From Macrostomum lignano (taxonomy: Eukaryota), in NCBI GenBank assembly GCA_002269645.1, contig NIVC01000891.1, forward strand, positions 353,783 through 417,782: a stretch of 64,000 nt of DNA, given 5' to 3'. Made by a program: the position numbers and the translations under genes. Numbering within the stretch: the first letter of the stretch is position 1; every line of letters starts with the position of its first letter. The notes below the pieces were generated by a model, which had not been told where the DNA came from, did not search any database, and was given only the letters and a program-made list of their open reading frames with translations. This document shows positions 32,889-44,518 of this stretch, piece by piece.

Positions 32889-34715
32889 ATGAGTCTCTTC
32901 ATTCGCATTTGCCTACTGGCTGCTCTTGTGTTGCTTTGTGACGGAACGCACAATCGGCGCATATCGTTTCTGGATTTGTCCAAAAAATTGTTTCAAGAGT
33001 ACAGTGACGAAAGTCTTAGAAAGTCCTTTCGCTGCCCATATGGTGCTTGCGGGCAAATACTTGCAAAAATCTCAGCAAAAAATAGTTTAGAAAATCGTCG
33101 AATTGTATGGCTATTCTACCAAAGGAAGCTCGTTGGAGGTAAGTCAACTATACCGACTAAATCTAGTAACAAATTTTCTATTCCAAATGATAGGAGGAAA
33201 CCTTCTTTTGTTGCTGGGAGGAGTGCTGCTTCTGTTGCTGGGAGGGGTGCTGCTTCTGTTGCTACGAGTGCTGCTGGTGTTGCTGGGAGGAGTGCTGCTT
33301 CTGTTGCTGCGAGGAGTGCTGCTTCTGTTGCTGGGAGGAGTGCTGCTTCTGTTGCTGGGAGGGGTGCTGCTTCTGTTGCTACGAGTGCTGCTGGTGTTGC
33401 TGGGAGGAGTGCTGCTTCTGTTGCTGCGAGGAGTGCTGCTTCTGTTGCTGGGAGGAGTGCTGCTTCTGTTGCTGCGAGGAGTGCTGCTGGTGCTGCTGGT
33501 GCTGCTGGTGTTGCCTGTGTTGCTGGGAGGAGTGCTGCCGGTGTTGCTGGTGCTGCTAGGAGGGCTGGTGCTGGGAGTGATGATGTTGGGAGTGATGCTG
33601 CTGGGAGTGATGATGTTGGGAGTGATGATGCTGGGAGTGATGATGTTGGGAGTGATGATGCTGGGAGTGATGCTGCTGGGAGTGATGATGTTGGGAGTGA
33701 TGCTGCTGGGAGTGATGATGCTGGGAGTGATGATGTTAGGAGTGATGATGTTGGGAGTGATGCTGCTGGGAGTGATGATGTTGGGAGTGATGCTGCTGGG
33801 AGTGATGATGTTGGGAGTGATGCTGCTGGGAGTGATGATGCTGGGAGTGATGATGCTGGGAGTGATGCTGGTCGGAGTGATGCTGCTGGGAGTGATGCTG
33901 TTGGGAGTGATGTTGTTGTGAGTGATGATGTTGGGAGTGATGCTGCTGGGAGTGATGATGCTGGGAGTGATGATGTTAGGAGTGATGATGTTGGGAGTGA
34001 TGCTGCTGGGAGTGATGATGTTGGGAGTGATGCTGCTGGGAGTGATGATGTTGGGAGTGATGCTGCTGGGAGTGATGATGCTGGGAGTGATGATGCTGGG
34101 AGTGATGCTGGTCGGAGTGATGCTGCTGGGAGTGATGCTGTTGGGAGTGATGTTGTTGTGAGTGATGATGTTGGGAGTGATGCTGCTGGGAGTGATGATG
34201 TTGGGAGTGATGATGCTGGGAGTGATGATGTTGGGAGTGATGATGCTGGGAGTGATGCTTGTCGGAGTGATGTTGTTGTGAGTGATGATGTTGGGAGTGA
34301 TGCTGCTGGGAGTGATGATGTTGGGAGTGATGATGCTGGGAGTGATGATGTTGGGAGTGATGATGCTGGGAGTGATGATGCTGGGAGTGATGCTGGTCGG
34401 AGTGATGCTGCTGGGAGTGATGCTGTTGGGAGTGATGTTGTTGTGAGTGATGATGTTGGGAGTGATGCTGCTGGGAGTGATAATGTTGGGAGTGATGATG
34501 CTGGGAGTGATGATGTTGGGAGTGATGATGCTGGGAGTGATGCTTGTCGGAGTGATGTTGCTGGGAGTGATGCTGTTGGGAGTGATGATGTTGTGAGTGA
34601 TGTTGGGAATGATGCTGGTCGGAGTGATGATGCGGAGAGCAGTGATGCTGTGAAGCAATTTCATTATTTGAATTTTATTATTAAGTTGTCTTTTGATAGG
34701 TGGCAAAAAATATGA
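32889..34715 (+). CDS. Candidate secreted protein: signal peptide, Cys-containing N-terminus, then RSAASVA and GSDD[AV] repeats; alternatively a 250-bp first exon followed by an intron minisatellite
   Basis: 608-aa ORF starting MSLFIRICLLAALVLLCDG with A at -3. A perfect donor GGAG|GTAAGT at 33138/33139 could end the exon before the repeats. Confidence 0.35.
   Translation: MSLFIRICLLAALVLLCDGTHNRRISFLDLSKKLFQEYSDESLRKSFRCPYGACGQILAKISAKNSLENRRIVWLFYQRKLVGGKSTIPTKSSNKFSIPNDRRKPSFVAGRSAASVAGRGAASVATSAAGVAGRSAASVAARSAASVAGRSAASVAGRGAASVATSAAGVAGRSAASVAARSAASVAGRSAASVAARSAAGAAGAAGVACVAGRSAAGVAGAARRAGAGSDDVGSDAAGSDDVGSDDAGSDDVGSDDAGSDAAGSDDVGSDAAGSDDAGSDDVRSDDVGSDAAGSDDVGSDAAGSDDVGSDAAGSDDAGSDDAGSDAGRSDAAGSDAVGSDVVVSDDVGSDAAGSDDAGSDDVRSDDVGSDAAGSDDVGSDAAGSDDVGSDAAGSDDAGSDDAGSDAGRSDAAGSDAVGSDVVVSDDVGSDAAGSDDVGSDDAGSDDVGSDDAGSDACRSDVVVSDDVGSDAAGSDDVGSDDAGSDDVGSDDAGSDDAGSDAGRSDAAGSDAVGSDVVVSDDVGSDAAGSDNVGSDDAGSDDVGSDDAGSDACRSDVAGSDAVGSDDVVSDVGNDAGRSDDAESSDAVKQFHYLNFIIKLSFDRWQKI
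33207..34650. repeat. Compound repeat: ~24-bp GCTGGGAGGAGTGCTGCTTCTGTT-type block, then 15-bp GGGAGTGATGATG(C/T)T array
   Basis: Direct inspection; unit lengths are multiples of 3. Confidence 0.9.
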
Positions 34716-35322
34716 AAATTAGGCAGAGTCAGAAGAATTATGCTGCACTCACGCGGAGTGCAGCATCATGGTGGCTAGATACGTTGAGGGAAAACTATCG
34801 AAGCTATTGCTCTGCTAGTGAACAGGGAAGTAATTGTGTGTTGAAATTCAAAAATCGCTATGTGAACTTTCCGTGTTCCAAAAGGCAAAACCCAAAATAC
34901 TTTTTTAAAAAAGTCGCTTTTTGTCAGCACGCTGGTTGCGAGATCGTTCACGATTTCAGAATTTCCAACGTACCCACCTCAAATCAGCCAGTGGAGGTAG
35001 CCTACTGAGTCCCATTTTAGAAAACGATTACTTTCACTTAATCTATATTGATTTGAACACAAAGCAACTTGCAGTCTTAGACACAAGGCCAATTAGGAAC
35101 AGCAACATAACAAATCGATACATTGAGCTTTAGCACAGGTTCATTAACACGGCCCAAGTAAAGATGTGCGTTCCGAGTGTTCAAGGAAAATATAGGAATA
35201 AATCGATGCTAAGATCCATTCAAGCAGATGGCTACAACTGTGGAGTCTTTGTGTGCTTGTACGCAAAAGTATTGATCACATCTAACGATAATGAATTCAG
35301 GTCTTTGTGCTTTCCAACTTAG
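34700..35322 (+). pseudogene. Decayed Ulp1/SENP-like (peptidase C48) cysteine protease
   Basis: Frame of ORF 34921 reads SPILENDYFHLIYIDLNTKQLAVLDT...* (TAG 35131)...IQADGYNCGVFVCLYAK...* (35322), giving His, Asp, Gln and Cys motifs in C48 order. The upstream WWLDTLRENY...KYFFKK segment is in another frame. Confidence 0.65.
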
Positions 35323-35398
35323 AGGCAATTTTTGTAACAAAGCAAGAACCCATATTTGGGAATTTTTCTTTGACTTTCACCGGCTTTGTGCGAAAACA

Positions 35399-36103
35399 TT
35401 GTTGTAAATACTCGTCTGCGTATTTGGCATATAGTATCTGAAATTGTAAATACTCGTCTGCGTATTTGGCATATAGTATCTGAAATTGTAAATACTCGTC
35501 TGCGTATTTTGCATATAGTATCTGAAATTGTAAATACTCGTCTGCGTATTTTGCATATAGTATCTGAAATTGTAAATACTCGTCTGCGTATTTTGCATAT
35601 AGTATCTGAAATTGTAAATACTCGTCTGCGTATTTGGCATATAGTATCTGAAATTGTAAATACTCATCTGCGTATTTGGCATATAGTATCTGAAATTGTA
35701 AATACTCGTCTGCGTATTTGGCATATAGTATCTGAAATTGTAAATACTCGTCTGCGTATTTGGCATATAGTATCTGAAATTGTAAATACTCGTCTGCGTA
35801 TTTTGCATATAGTATCTGAAATTGTAAATACTCGTCTGCGTATTTTGCATATAGTATCTGAAATTGTAAATACTCGTCTGCGTATTTGGCATATAGTATC
35901 TGAAATTGTAAATACTCATCTGCGTATTTGGCATATAGTATCTGAAATTGTAAATACTCGTCTGCGTATTTGGCATATAGTATCTGAAATTGTAAATACT
36001 CGTCTGCGTATTTTGCATATAGTATCTGAAATTGTAAATACTCGTCTGCGTATTTTGCATATAGTATCTGAAATTGTAAATACTCGTCTGCGTATTTTGC
36101 ATA
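35399..36103. repeat. 42-bp minisatellite (~17 copies)
   Basis: Unit ATTGTAAATACTCGTCTGCGTATTTGGCATATAGTATCTGAA. Confidence 0.95.
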
Positions 36104-36983
36104 TACGCTCGTATAGTATCTGATTTCTTACATTGAAAATATTATATTTGTAATACATAATATATAAGATCTTGCGTATATTATATAATATTCGAAATAC
36201 ATAATATCTCAAATTTTCTATATAACATCCAAATATTTATTATCTATAATATTCAATATCTTCTGTATAAAATCATGACATAAACTAGCTAACATAACCC
36301 TAGATGAAATCGTCATGCCATTTCTTAGCAGATCTGTCTGGAGCTTCTCGCTACGTTCTTGCAAGAACGTAACAGATCTGCACTATTTAAATATATAGGC
36401 AGAACTTACAAGATCTGCAGGAAGATCTTGCACGGTCTGCACGAGCAGATCTTAGGAGATCTGGGCAGATCTTGTAAGATGTATTAAGCTTTACCAATTG
36501 AATGCATTGTCCGTCTTATCAAATCTTCCCAGATCTGTTTAGTAATCCATTTATAAAACCCCAATGCACTAATTTAATTCCAATAAAGAACACGAGTTAT
36601 GACAGGACTTTCTTATTTTTTTCTGCACTTTTAGTATTGTGCTAGTAAGCTGCCAGAACAAAAGCAAATGTCATTGAACAATCAAAATAAAGTAGACATA
36701 TTTATTTGTGAAAATGTAAACAAATACACATATATGCTCATGAAATAAAACTTGTATGCACAAGGGAAATAGCACAAGCAAAAAATAAGTCAGCTTCAAA
36801 ACAAAAGTTAAGCACACATTCAATAGAAAAAATACTAATGGTACAATGGACTAATAAAATTAGGGTGAGCAATACTTTTAGAAACTAAAAAATAGAAGCA
36901 GAAACATTTGAAAAAAACCAGGTGCATCTTTTACTACAATGTACAATTAAATTGGTTTGCAAATAATTGAAACTGAAAGAGTC

Positions 36984-37171
36984 CAGTACTGAACATACAT
37001 GCGCAACTTTGGTAATCATCCGGCCGTTTCTATTGGCAACACACACATGTAAGTCGCTATTGGCTGAGAGCAGTCACGTGACTACTATTCCGTCCAATAG
37101 CGACTTACATGTGTGTGTTGCCAATAGAAACGGCCGAGGGAATCCCAAAGTTGCTCCCAAGCATGGTACTG
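36984..37171. mobile_element. Palindromic MITE-like element, 188 bp, with a perfect 43-bp inner inverted repeat
   Basis: CAGTAC...GTACTG ends, degenerate outer arms, perfect arms 37021-37063 and 37094-37136. Flanks AAAGAGTC and AAAGATTT may be a degenerate 8-bp TSD. Confidence 0.6.
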
Positions 37172-38527
37172 AAAGATTTTAAAGTCAATATTGCTAGAAA
37201 GCTTACTTTGTTATCAATAAAAGTAGGTCTATAAGAGCTCTTAGTAATACTTAAGGGCTCTTTATCATGTTGCATTTTTACTTTAGGCTGGCTTCATTTT
37301 TTCTTTTAGCAATCATAGGATGCTTGCCACTTTGCCACTTGGTATAAAGACAAGCTTGGAACCCATAAGTAGCGATGCCATATTGACCATGTAAAGTAGC
37401 AGCAATGAAAGGGAAAATTGTAGTAAAGTTCTGGGATTTTAAACATTAATATTCAATTCAAAATAACTAAAATATAAAACAAATATCGTTGTTATGTTTT
37501 TAAATAGTCAGAGTAATAACTTTTGTAAAAGTTCTTTGGTCTAATTAAATTTAGATCTATGTTTTTCTTCTATTCTATATTTTTCATATTATTTATCTAG
37601 GCCTATCTAGTATAAATACTTTTAGATTTTGCTATGCCTATCTATATTCTTCAAATAGTAGGTCAAGGCTTAAGATAACTTTCTAACAACCATAAGCCTA
37701 TATTTAAGCATCCAGGTTTAATTCTAATTCATAAAAACTATACCCTATATAGCAATTACAATTTTTAGTAGAGAAGGGCCTTTTTTATTATAAAAATAAA
37801 AATAATAAGCCTAGTTATAACACTATTTACTAAAAATAGAAATTACACTCTTAACCTAAGTGTTTAAAATCAAGGAGGGATTAAAACCAAGTTTTACAGA
37901 TATGTCAGTCTACCTATTTATAAATCTAGATAAGCATATATAAAACAAACAAAAACAGAATAGACCTATTTAATTAAGATTTACTTACTAGCTAGGTCAC
38001 TAGAACTAGCCTAGCCCTAGCCTAGGGGCTAGAACTAGGTATGTATATATAAATATAATATAATGAAATGCAAAAGACTACAAAAAATACTGATCTATGT
38101 ATGTAACTGAATTTCTGAATTATTAATGGATTAATGAATTATTAATGGACAACATCACTAGGTCTAGACATGCATTCTGTTTCTATTAAAGCATAGAACA
38201 AAGTCATAGGCCTAGGCCTACTCATACTTATAGGCCTGGGAGTAGGAAACAAGCCTAGATATATATATGATATAGATATATATATAGCATATCATACATT
38301 TTATAGTCAGTCTGTCAATTATGTCAAATTTTTTTAATTGATGACGCGATCTGCTCTTCATTTAAAGCCATAGCTATACTTAATCAAAAAAGTTATTATG
38401 GCTAAAAAAGTAAAAAATAGTGATACTATACTATGAAACAATTTAAGGAATTAAAAATTACGTATTCGGCTAAGTCAAAAGAAAGAACTGAGATGGATGG
38501 ATAAATTGCAAGAGCGAGAATTCAAAC

Positions 38528-41500
38528 TATAAGGGTCCACTGGGTCTCCCTAAAACACGCCCCGCACCGCCCTGCAGCGCTACACATTAAAACAAATTGG
38601 ACTATAACTGAAGACACTTAAAAATGCGTTTTCTGTTATGCTTTAAAGTTTTTATTAAATTTAGTTTTTTTACCATGAAATATAAAATTCGGTGAATAAT
38701 AAATGATATTTATAATAATATTAATAAAAAAATAATAATATAATTTAATAATGGAAACGAGAATATAAAAAAAAATTAATATTTATAATAATAATTAAAG
38801 ATATTTATTCCATTACTCTTACAACGAATAGTGTTCTTTGCAATCAAATGCTGCATTGACAAAAAATGTTGTAATGTGTAGCGGTTCGGGGAGGTGCGGT
38901 GCGTGTTTTAGGGAGACCTGGGTCGGGTGTGTATAAAAGCTGGCACTGGCACATTGGACACATTGGACACCCCTTTTTATAACAAAATTAGATATGAAAA
39001 TGCAGAATAAACTTGCGGAGTTACTTTTAAATAATTTAAAAAAAATGATAATATTAGAAATGACATCCTTGCTTTCGTGATAGATGATTTGTTAAATATT
39101 CTTTGTATTATCGTTTTTTGTACATGTTTAATTTGGCATTCGATTTTTTAAAATAATCGCACATGTATGCAAAAACTGCAGCTTGCAATGCTATTACACT
39201 GTGATTTTACTACCCCGAAGGTTCTGTACTACAGGCGTACCGATTTAATGCTAAATATGCCTGATATATAAAATGATCAAACTAATAGTCAGAACTCAAT
39301 TTTCCATAAAATGATGAAGCATTCTGCTCTTATCAAAAAACCACAACTTATTTTGTTAGGATTACTTCATGAAGAACGAACTTTGGATATTCCAAGTTGC
39401 AAGTATTTCTATATTAAAAAAGTAAATACATTGGCAGATTATTTGATGAAAAAATTGCACCCAAAAAGTTTTTTTACTTTGTAAGATGATGATTAAATTG
39501 ATAATTTCCAAGCTTCTTCTTTTATTAGTTCAATTACTTTTTCTATGATTTCAACCAACAAAAAAGGAATAGCTACTCAGTGAAAGTTCAAATTACAGTC
39601 TCTTCTTTATATACAATCCTTGTAAGAAAACCTTTTATTATGAATAATTTGCCAAGTCATGATATTTAAGAAATTGTGCTAATCATTTAAATTATGAGTT
39701 AAAAAATGCAAGCATATAAGTAAAAAATCTACCTTACAGACCAAGAAGTCTTTTTACTGAAAAGTTATGTGACGCTTTGAATAAACAACATATAAACCAT
39801 CTTCACATAACATTTATTGTCATTTATTTCAGGCCTAAATCCTTTAGCACATAAATATTCTGCACGTATGTTGCAGGGTATACTTCCTTCTTCTAAAATC
39901 CTACAAATGCCACAAAGTTTTAATAGGCAGATTTATTAGTATTGTTTATATTAATATTTCTATATTTATGAGAAGTGTCCCAATAAGAACAAGTTCCCAA
40001 TCAGTAAAACACTATTTTTTAATTCTAATGTCCAAAATTATGGCATTCTAAGGGACCAAGTGATAGGTTTTAAGCTACTATTAGCACCTGCATGATTTAT
40101 TTATTTAATACCTACACATTCCTTAATGTCTATAGTTCGCCTAATTGCCTAATTGCTAACCCTAATTCTAGCCTTCTTGGCTTACAATTTTGCGTCTTCA
40201 CAGCATATTATTCAATTCAAGCCCTACTAATTTTATTAATTTTATTAGCCTCTCTTAATTTTATAAAATATTAATTTTCTTTAGTGTAACTGCTCCAAAA
40301 ATTTAAGTGGTGTGCCAAAACACCACTTGCATCATTACAGCCCTGTCTATAATTTTTTTGTGCTAATTAGTTGACCACTTTCAATAATTTTCTTGGGTCA
40401 AGAGTGTGATATATGCATATTGCAGCATGCATTTTTTAAAGAATCCCTAATTTTATACAAGGAATCATATATATTTACAGAAAGTTAGCTCTTAGAGTAG
40501 AGATAAAGTACATAAGACTATTAATAGCAACTTTTCATACAATTGCTTATGGTAATGATTTCTATTGTTATGAAGTTACAAATAAATAAAAAGTTACATT
40601 GCATTTAAACTGTACTTTATGAGTTGTAAGCCTTTTAACTCAGAGTGCATTTCAATTGCTTTAATATACATTGCTAGATGTTATTTAGCATTTCTTTGTT
40701 ATTTATCATTTAACTCATTGCATTGTTTAATTGCTAATTTCATTTGCTCAGCTGCAATATTTATAACTTTTTTATTAATGCCAATGTTTGTTATTCTTTT
40801 TCTCCCCATTTTTAGTGTTTGTGGTATTCTTTTGTCAAATTTTAATTTTTCAGCTGTATCTATCTTTACAAAAAATTGTACCTGTAAACTTATGTTTTTT
40901 TGCTTACAATGGTACTGTACTAAATTAATTTATTTCCTTGTTAGATTCTCTAAATTGAAAAAGTAATGCACTGCTTTATTATCATCCATATTGAATATTA
41001 AGGAGTTAGTATTCCTTCCTTGAAAAAGATTCTAGAGTTGGATTCTATTTGATAAGAGAATAAATAATTTATTGAGTTTAAATGTTTTTAAAACATTAAT
41101 TAATTGCATTTTGATGGAAATCACAAATTAAAAAGTTATTCGTTTTTTTATTTAAGACACGAGGGATTTTAAAAATCCATATTAACAGCAAATCAAACAT
41201 TAACATTATGGGAGAGAGAGAGAAGGATTAGATTCACTTTCACCATTGCTGTTGATTTATGGAAAGGCAGTAAACAAGCCAGAGCAGCTGCAAATTGTCA
41301 AATATGCCATGTCCGGCTATAAAATTCTGCAACTAGTCTGCTGCTCACTTTTTCCAACGTTTATTGAGAACAAGAAACGGCATTTAATGTTTCTATGTTT
41401 TCTGTAAGTGCACCAACTAGGTAAATGAAAATGACGTACCGAAAGTAGTTCGACAATAAAGCAAGATAAGAAATGAATTTAAATGTAGAATAAAACTTGT

Positions 41501-43025
41501 TGATACTACCAATCTCATGGTTGTTAGAAGTATATGAAAAAGTGCAATTATAAATAAATATTTACGTTTTTATTCGAAAGCCAAAGTTTGTTTATTCAAG
41601 CAAAACAACAATCAAAACTCGATTTTTGTTAACATAAGGGGTGTCCAATGTGCCAATGGTGCCCTGCTTTTATACAGACCCATAGAGGACCCGGGTGGGT
41701 CCTCTAAGAGAGGCTAATAAAATTAGTAGGGCTTGAATTGAATAATATGCTGTGAAGACTCAAACTTGTAAGCCAAGAAGGCTAGAATTAGGGTTAGCAA
41801 TTAGGCAACTATAGACATTAAGAAATGTGTAGGTATTAAATAAATAAATCATGTAGGTGCTAATAGTAGCTTAAAACCTATCACTTGGTCCCTTAGAATG
41901 CCATAATTTTGGACATAAGAATTAAAATATAGTGTTTTACTGATTGGGAACTTGTTCTTATTGGAAAACTTCTCATAAATATAGAAATATTAATATAAAC
42001 AATACTAATAAATTTGCCTATTAAAACTTTGTGGCATTTGTAGGATTTTAGAAGAAGGAAGTATACCCTGCAACATACGTGCAGAATATTTATGTGCTAA
42101 AGGATTTAGGTCTGAAATAAATGACAATAAATGTTATGTGAAGATGGTTTATATGTTGTTTTTTCAAAGCGTCACATATAAATTTTCAGTAAAAAGACTT
42201 CTTGGTCTGTGAGGTAGATTTTTTACTTATATGCTTGCATTTTTTAACTCATAATATAAATGATTAGCACAATTTCTTAAATATCATGACTTGGCAAATT
42301 ATTCATAATAAAAGGTTTTCTTACAAGGATTGTATATAAAGAAGAGACTGTAATTTGAACTTTCACTGAGTAGCTATTCCTTTTTTTGTTGGTTGAAATC
42401 ATACAAAAAGTAATTGAACTAATAAAAGAAGAAGCTTGGAAATTATTAATTTAATCATCATCTTACATAGTAAAAAAAACTTTTTGGGTGTAATTTTTTC
42501 ATCAAAAAATCTGCCAATGTATTAACTTTTTTAATATAGAAATACTTGCAATTTGGAATATCCAAAGTTCGTTCTTCATGAAGTAATCCTAACAAAATAA
42601 GTTGTGGTTTTTTGATAAGAGCAGAATGCTTCATCATTTTATGGAAAATTGAGTTCTGACTATTAGTTTGATCATTTCATATATCAGGCATATTTAGCAA
42701 TAAATCGGTACGCCTGTAGTACAGAACCTTCGGGGTAGTAAAATCACAGTGTAATAGCATTGCAAGCTGCAGTTTTTGCATGTGCGATTATTTTAAAAAA
42801 TCGAATGCCAAATTAAACATGTACAAAAAACGATAATACAAAGAATATTTAACAAATCATCTATCACGAAATCAAGGATGTCATTTCTATTATTATCAAT
42901 TTTTTAAACTTAAAAGTATCTCTGCAAGTTTATTCTGCATTTTCATATCTAATTTTGTTATAAAAAGGGGTGTCCAATGTGTCCAATGTGCCAGTGCCAG
43001 CTTTTATACACACCCGTCCTCTATG
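38528..43025. mobile_element. Foldback non-autonomous DNA element with ~1.3-kb inverted arms (38924-40257 and 41705-43016)
   Basis: The arms align as reverse complements from CGGGTGTGTATAAAAGCTGGCAC to ...AGCCTCTCTTA, around a ~1.45-kb AT-rich spacer with no recognisable coding sequence. Confidence 0.85.
38544..38917. mobile_element. MITE, 374 bp, ~45-bp imperfect TIRs, 4-bp CTGG duplication
   Basis: GTCTCCCTAAAACACGC...GCGTGTTTTAGGGAGAC; CTGG at 38540-38543 and 38918-38921. Confidence 0.75.
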
Positions 43026-44518
43026 TTCAGAACTGCGGAAAGAATATTTAAACAAATTCATTTACTGTTGGCTGCCAGAAGAACAACTAAAATAAATACA
43101 AATCATTAAAAAAACGTAATTACTATTATGTTAAATATTTTGTGGAAAAAAAACAATTCAGACACTTTTCAAAACTGGTCTGTACAGATCTGCAAGAACT
43201 GATCTGACAAGATCCAGCAGAGAAATGTGAAAATATACGAAAGTCTTTTTTCTGATATACAGTTGGAAATTTTGTTTTCTCTTTACCTAATAAGTATTTT
43301 CTAAAAAATCACGAATGTTTTTTACGTACCAAAAAATAATAAATGGCTTGCAAAGATTTGTAAGATCTTGTAAGACAAAAGCAGATACAGATCTGCTAAG
43401 AGATTTAAGTCAAGGACTTCTAGACTAACAGGACGTAAAACTCAAAGATCGTGCAATTTTTTAGAGGCCACGATTTCCTGGAAAAAATACACTGCGGAGA
43501 TAGGAAAAAATCAGTTTTTTGTCACAAAAGCAGTGATTGTATTTGATCTGGGGCAGTGAAGACTACCATTCTTTTAATTTAACATGCACAACATGTTACT
43601 CTATTATATTTTCATATAGCTGTGTATTGAAGTTTTCATTTTCATGTTGTTTTTACTTCATTTCATATGCCCAAAGTTGCAAATACTCACAAGTGGCATT
43701 AGCCAAACTTTTTGTGCTGTTCCTTTTTTGAATCAAGTATATTTGTAATAAAAACTGTGCATGTAGGTACTCTTAATCTTTTATTGTACGGTTAGTAACT
43801 ATACTAGGCCTACTAGTATTAGTTATACCTGTCTACTATTACTACTAGGTATAATGTCTAAGAGTTATGAGTCTAAGACCTATCAAAGATTCTTGAAAAT
43901 TAGGCTTTATATATGGAATCACACATCCTTTTATTGGTAAAATAGGCCCTAACTAAAATGACTGAATACAAGGCATGTTTGTCTTATTCATTTTCTTGCC
44001 TAATGAATAATGATATTTGATCTATGGATTCCAAAATCTTCTTAATAAGTGTGGCATACTTACATTTACAATTTATAGGCCTAATTTATTTCAGTTTTTT
44101 TATTTTTTTAAACATGATTCTAGCTAAAGAGAAGAAAGAAGAGAGAAATAAAAATGGTAATATCTATCTATCTAAATCATTAATATAATAATAATATGCA
44201 ATTATGATTTTTATAAATGAAGGACTTTCAGTGACCTTATAGTTTAACTTATTAAATCTATACCCCCTATAGTAAATAAAAACTAATTGAGCTATTAACT
44301 ATAATAGTAACTCTTATATCATAATATATATTTCTAGTAGTACTTAGAATAGAATCTAAAGCAATATTTTGAAATTTGATTTTCATTAAAAGTTTAAGTC
44401 AATTGATTAAAAGTTTGCTATATCTCAAATGAAAACATAAATCTATGATTATTTTTTTTGTTTTAGACTACTTGTAAGATAGCTAACCTTAAATTTTCTA
44501 ATACAAAATTTTTCAGCA

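Noticed and set aside
32370-33100. Protein-like minus-strand stretches (…SGRSKRKALSYHE…, …DSIRRKIKVLQKK…)
   Set aside because: Broken by several stops and frame changes with no diagnostic motif; kept only as a caveat to the + strand ORF.
35377-36123. 241-245 aa repeat ORFs and other regular arrays as possible CRISPR arrays
   Set aside because: Units are contiguous with no unique spacers, no cas genes are present, and the DNA is eukaryotic.
43500-44518. Left terminal inverted repeat of the P element
   Set aside because: No sequence complementary to the candidate right-end region (48345-48401) was found here; termini left unassigned.
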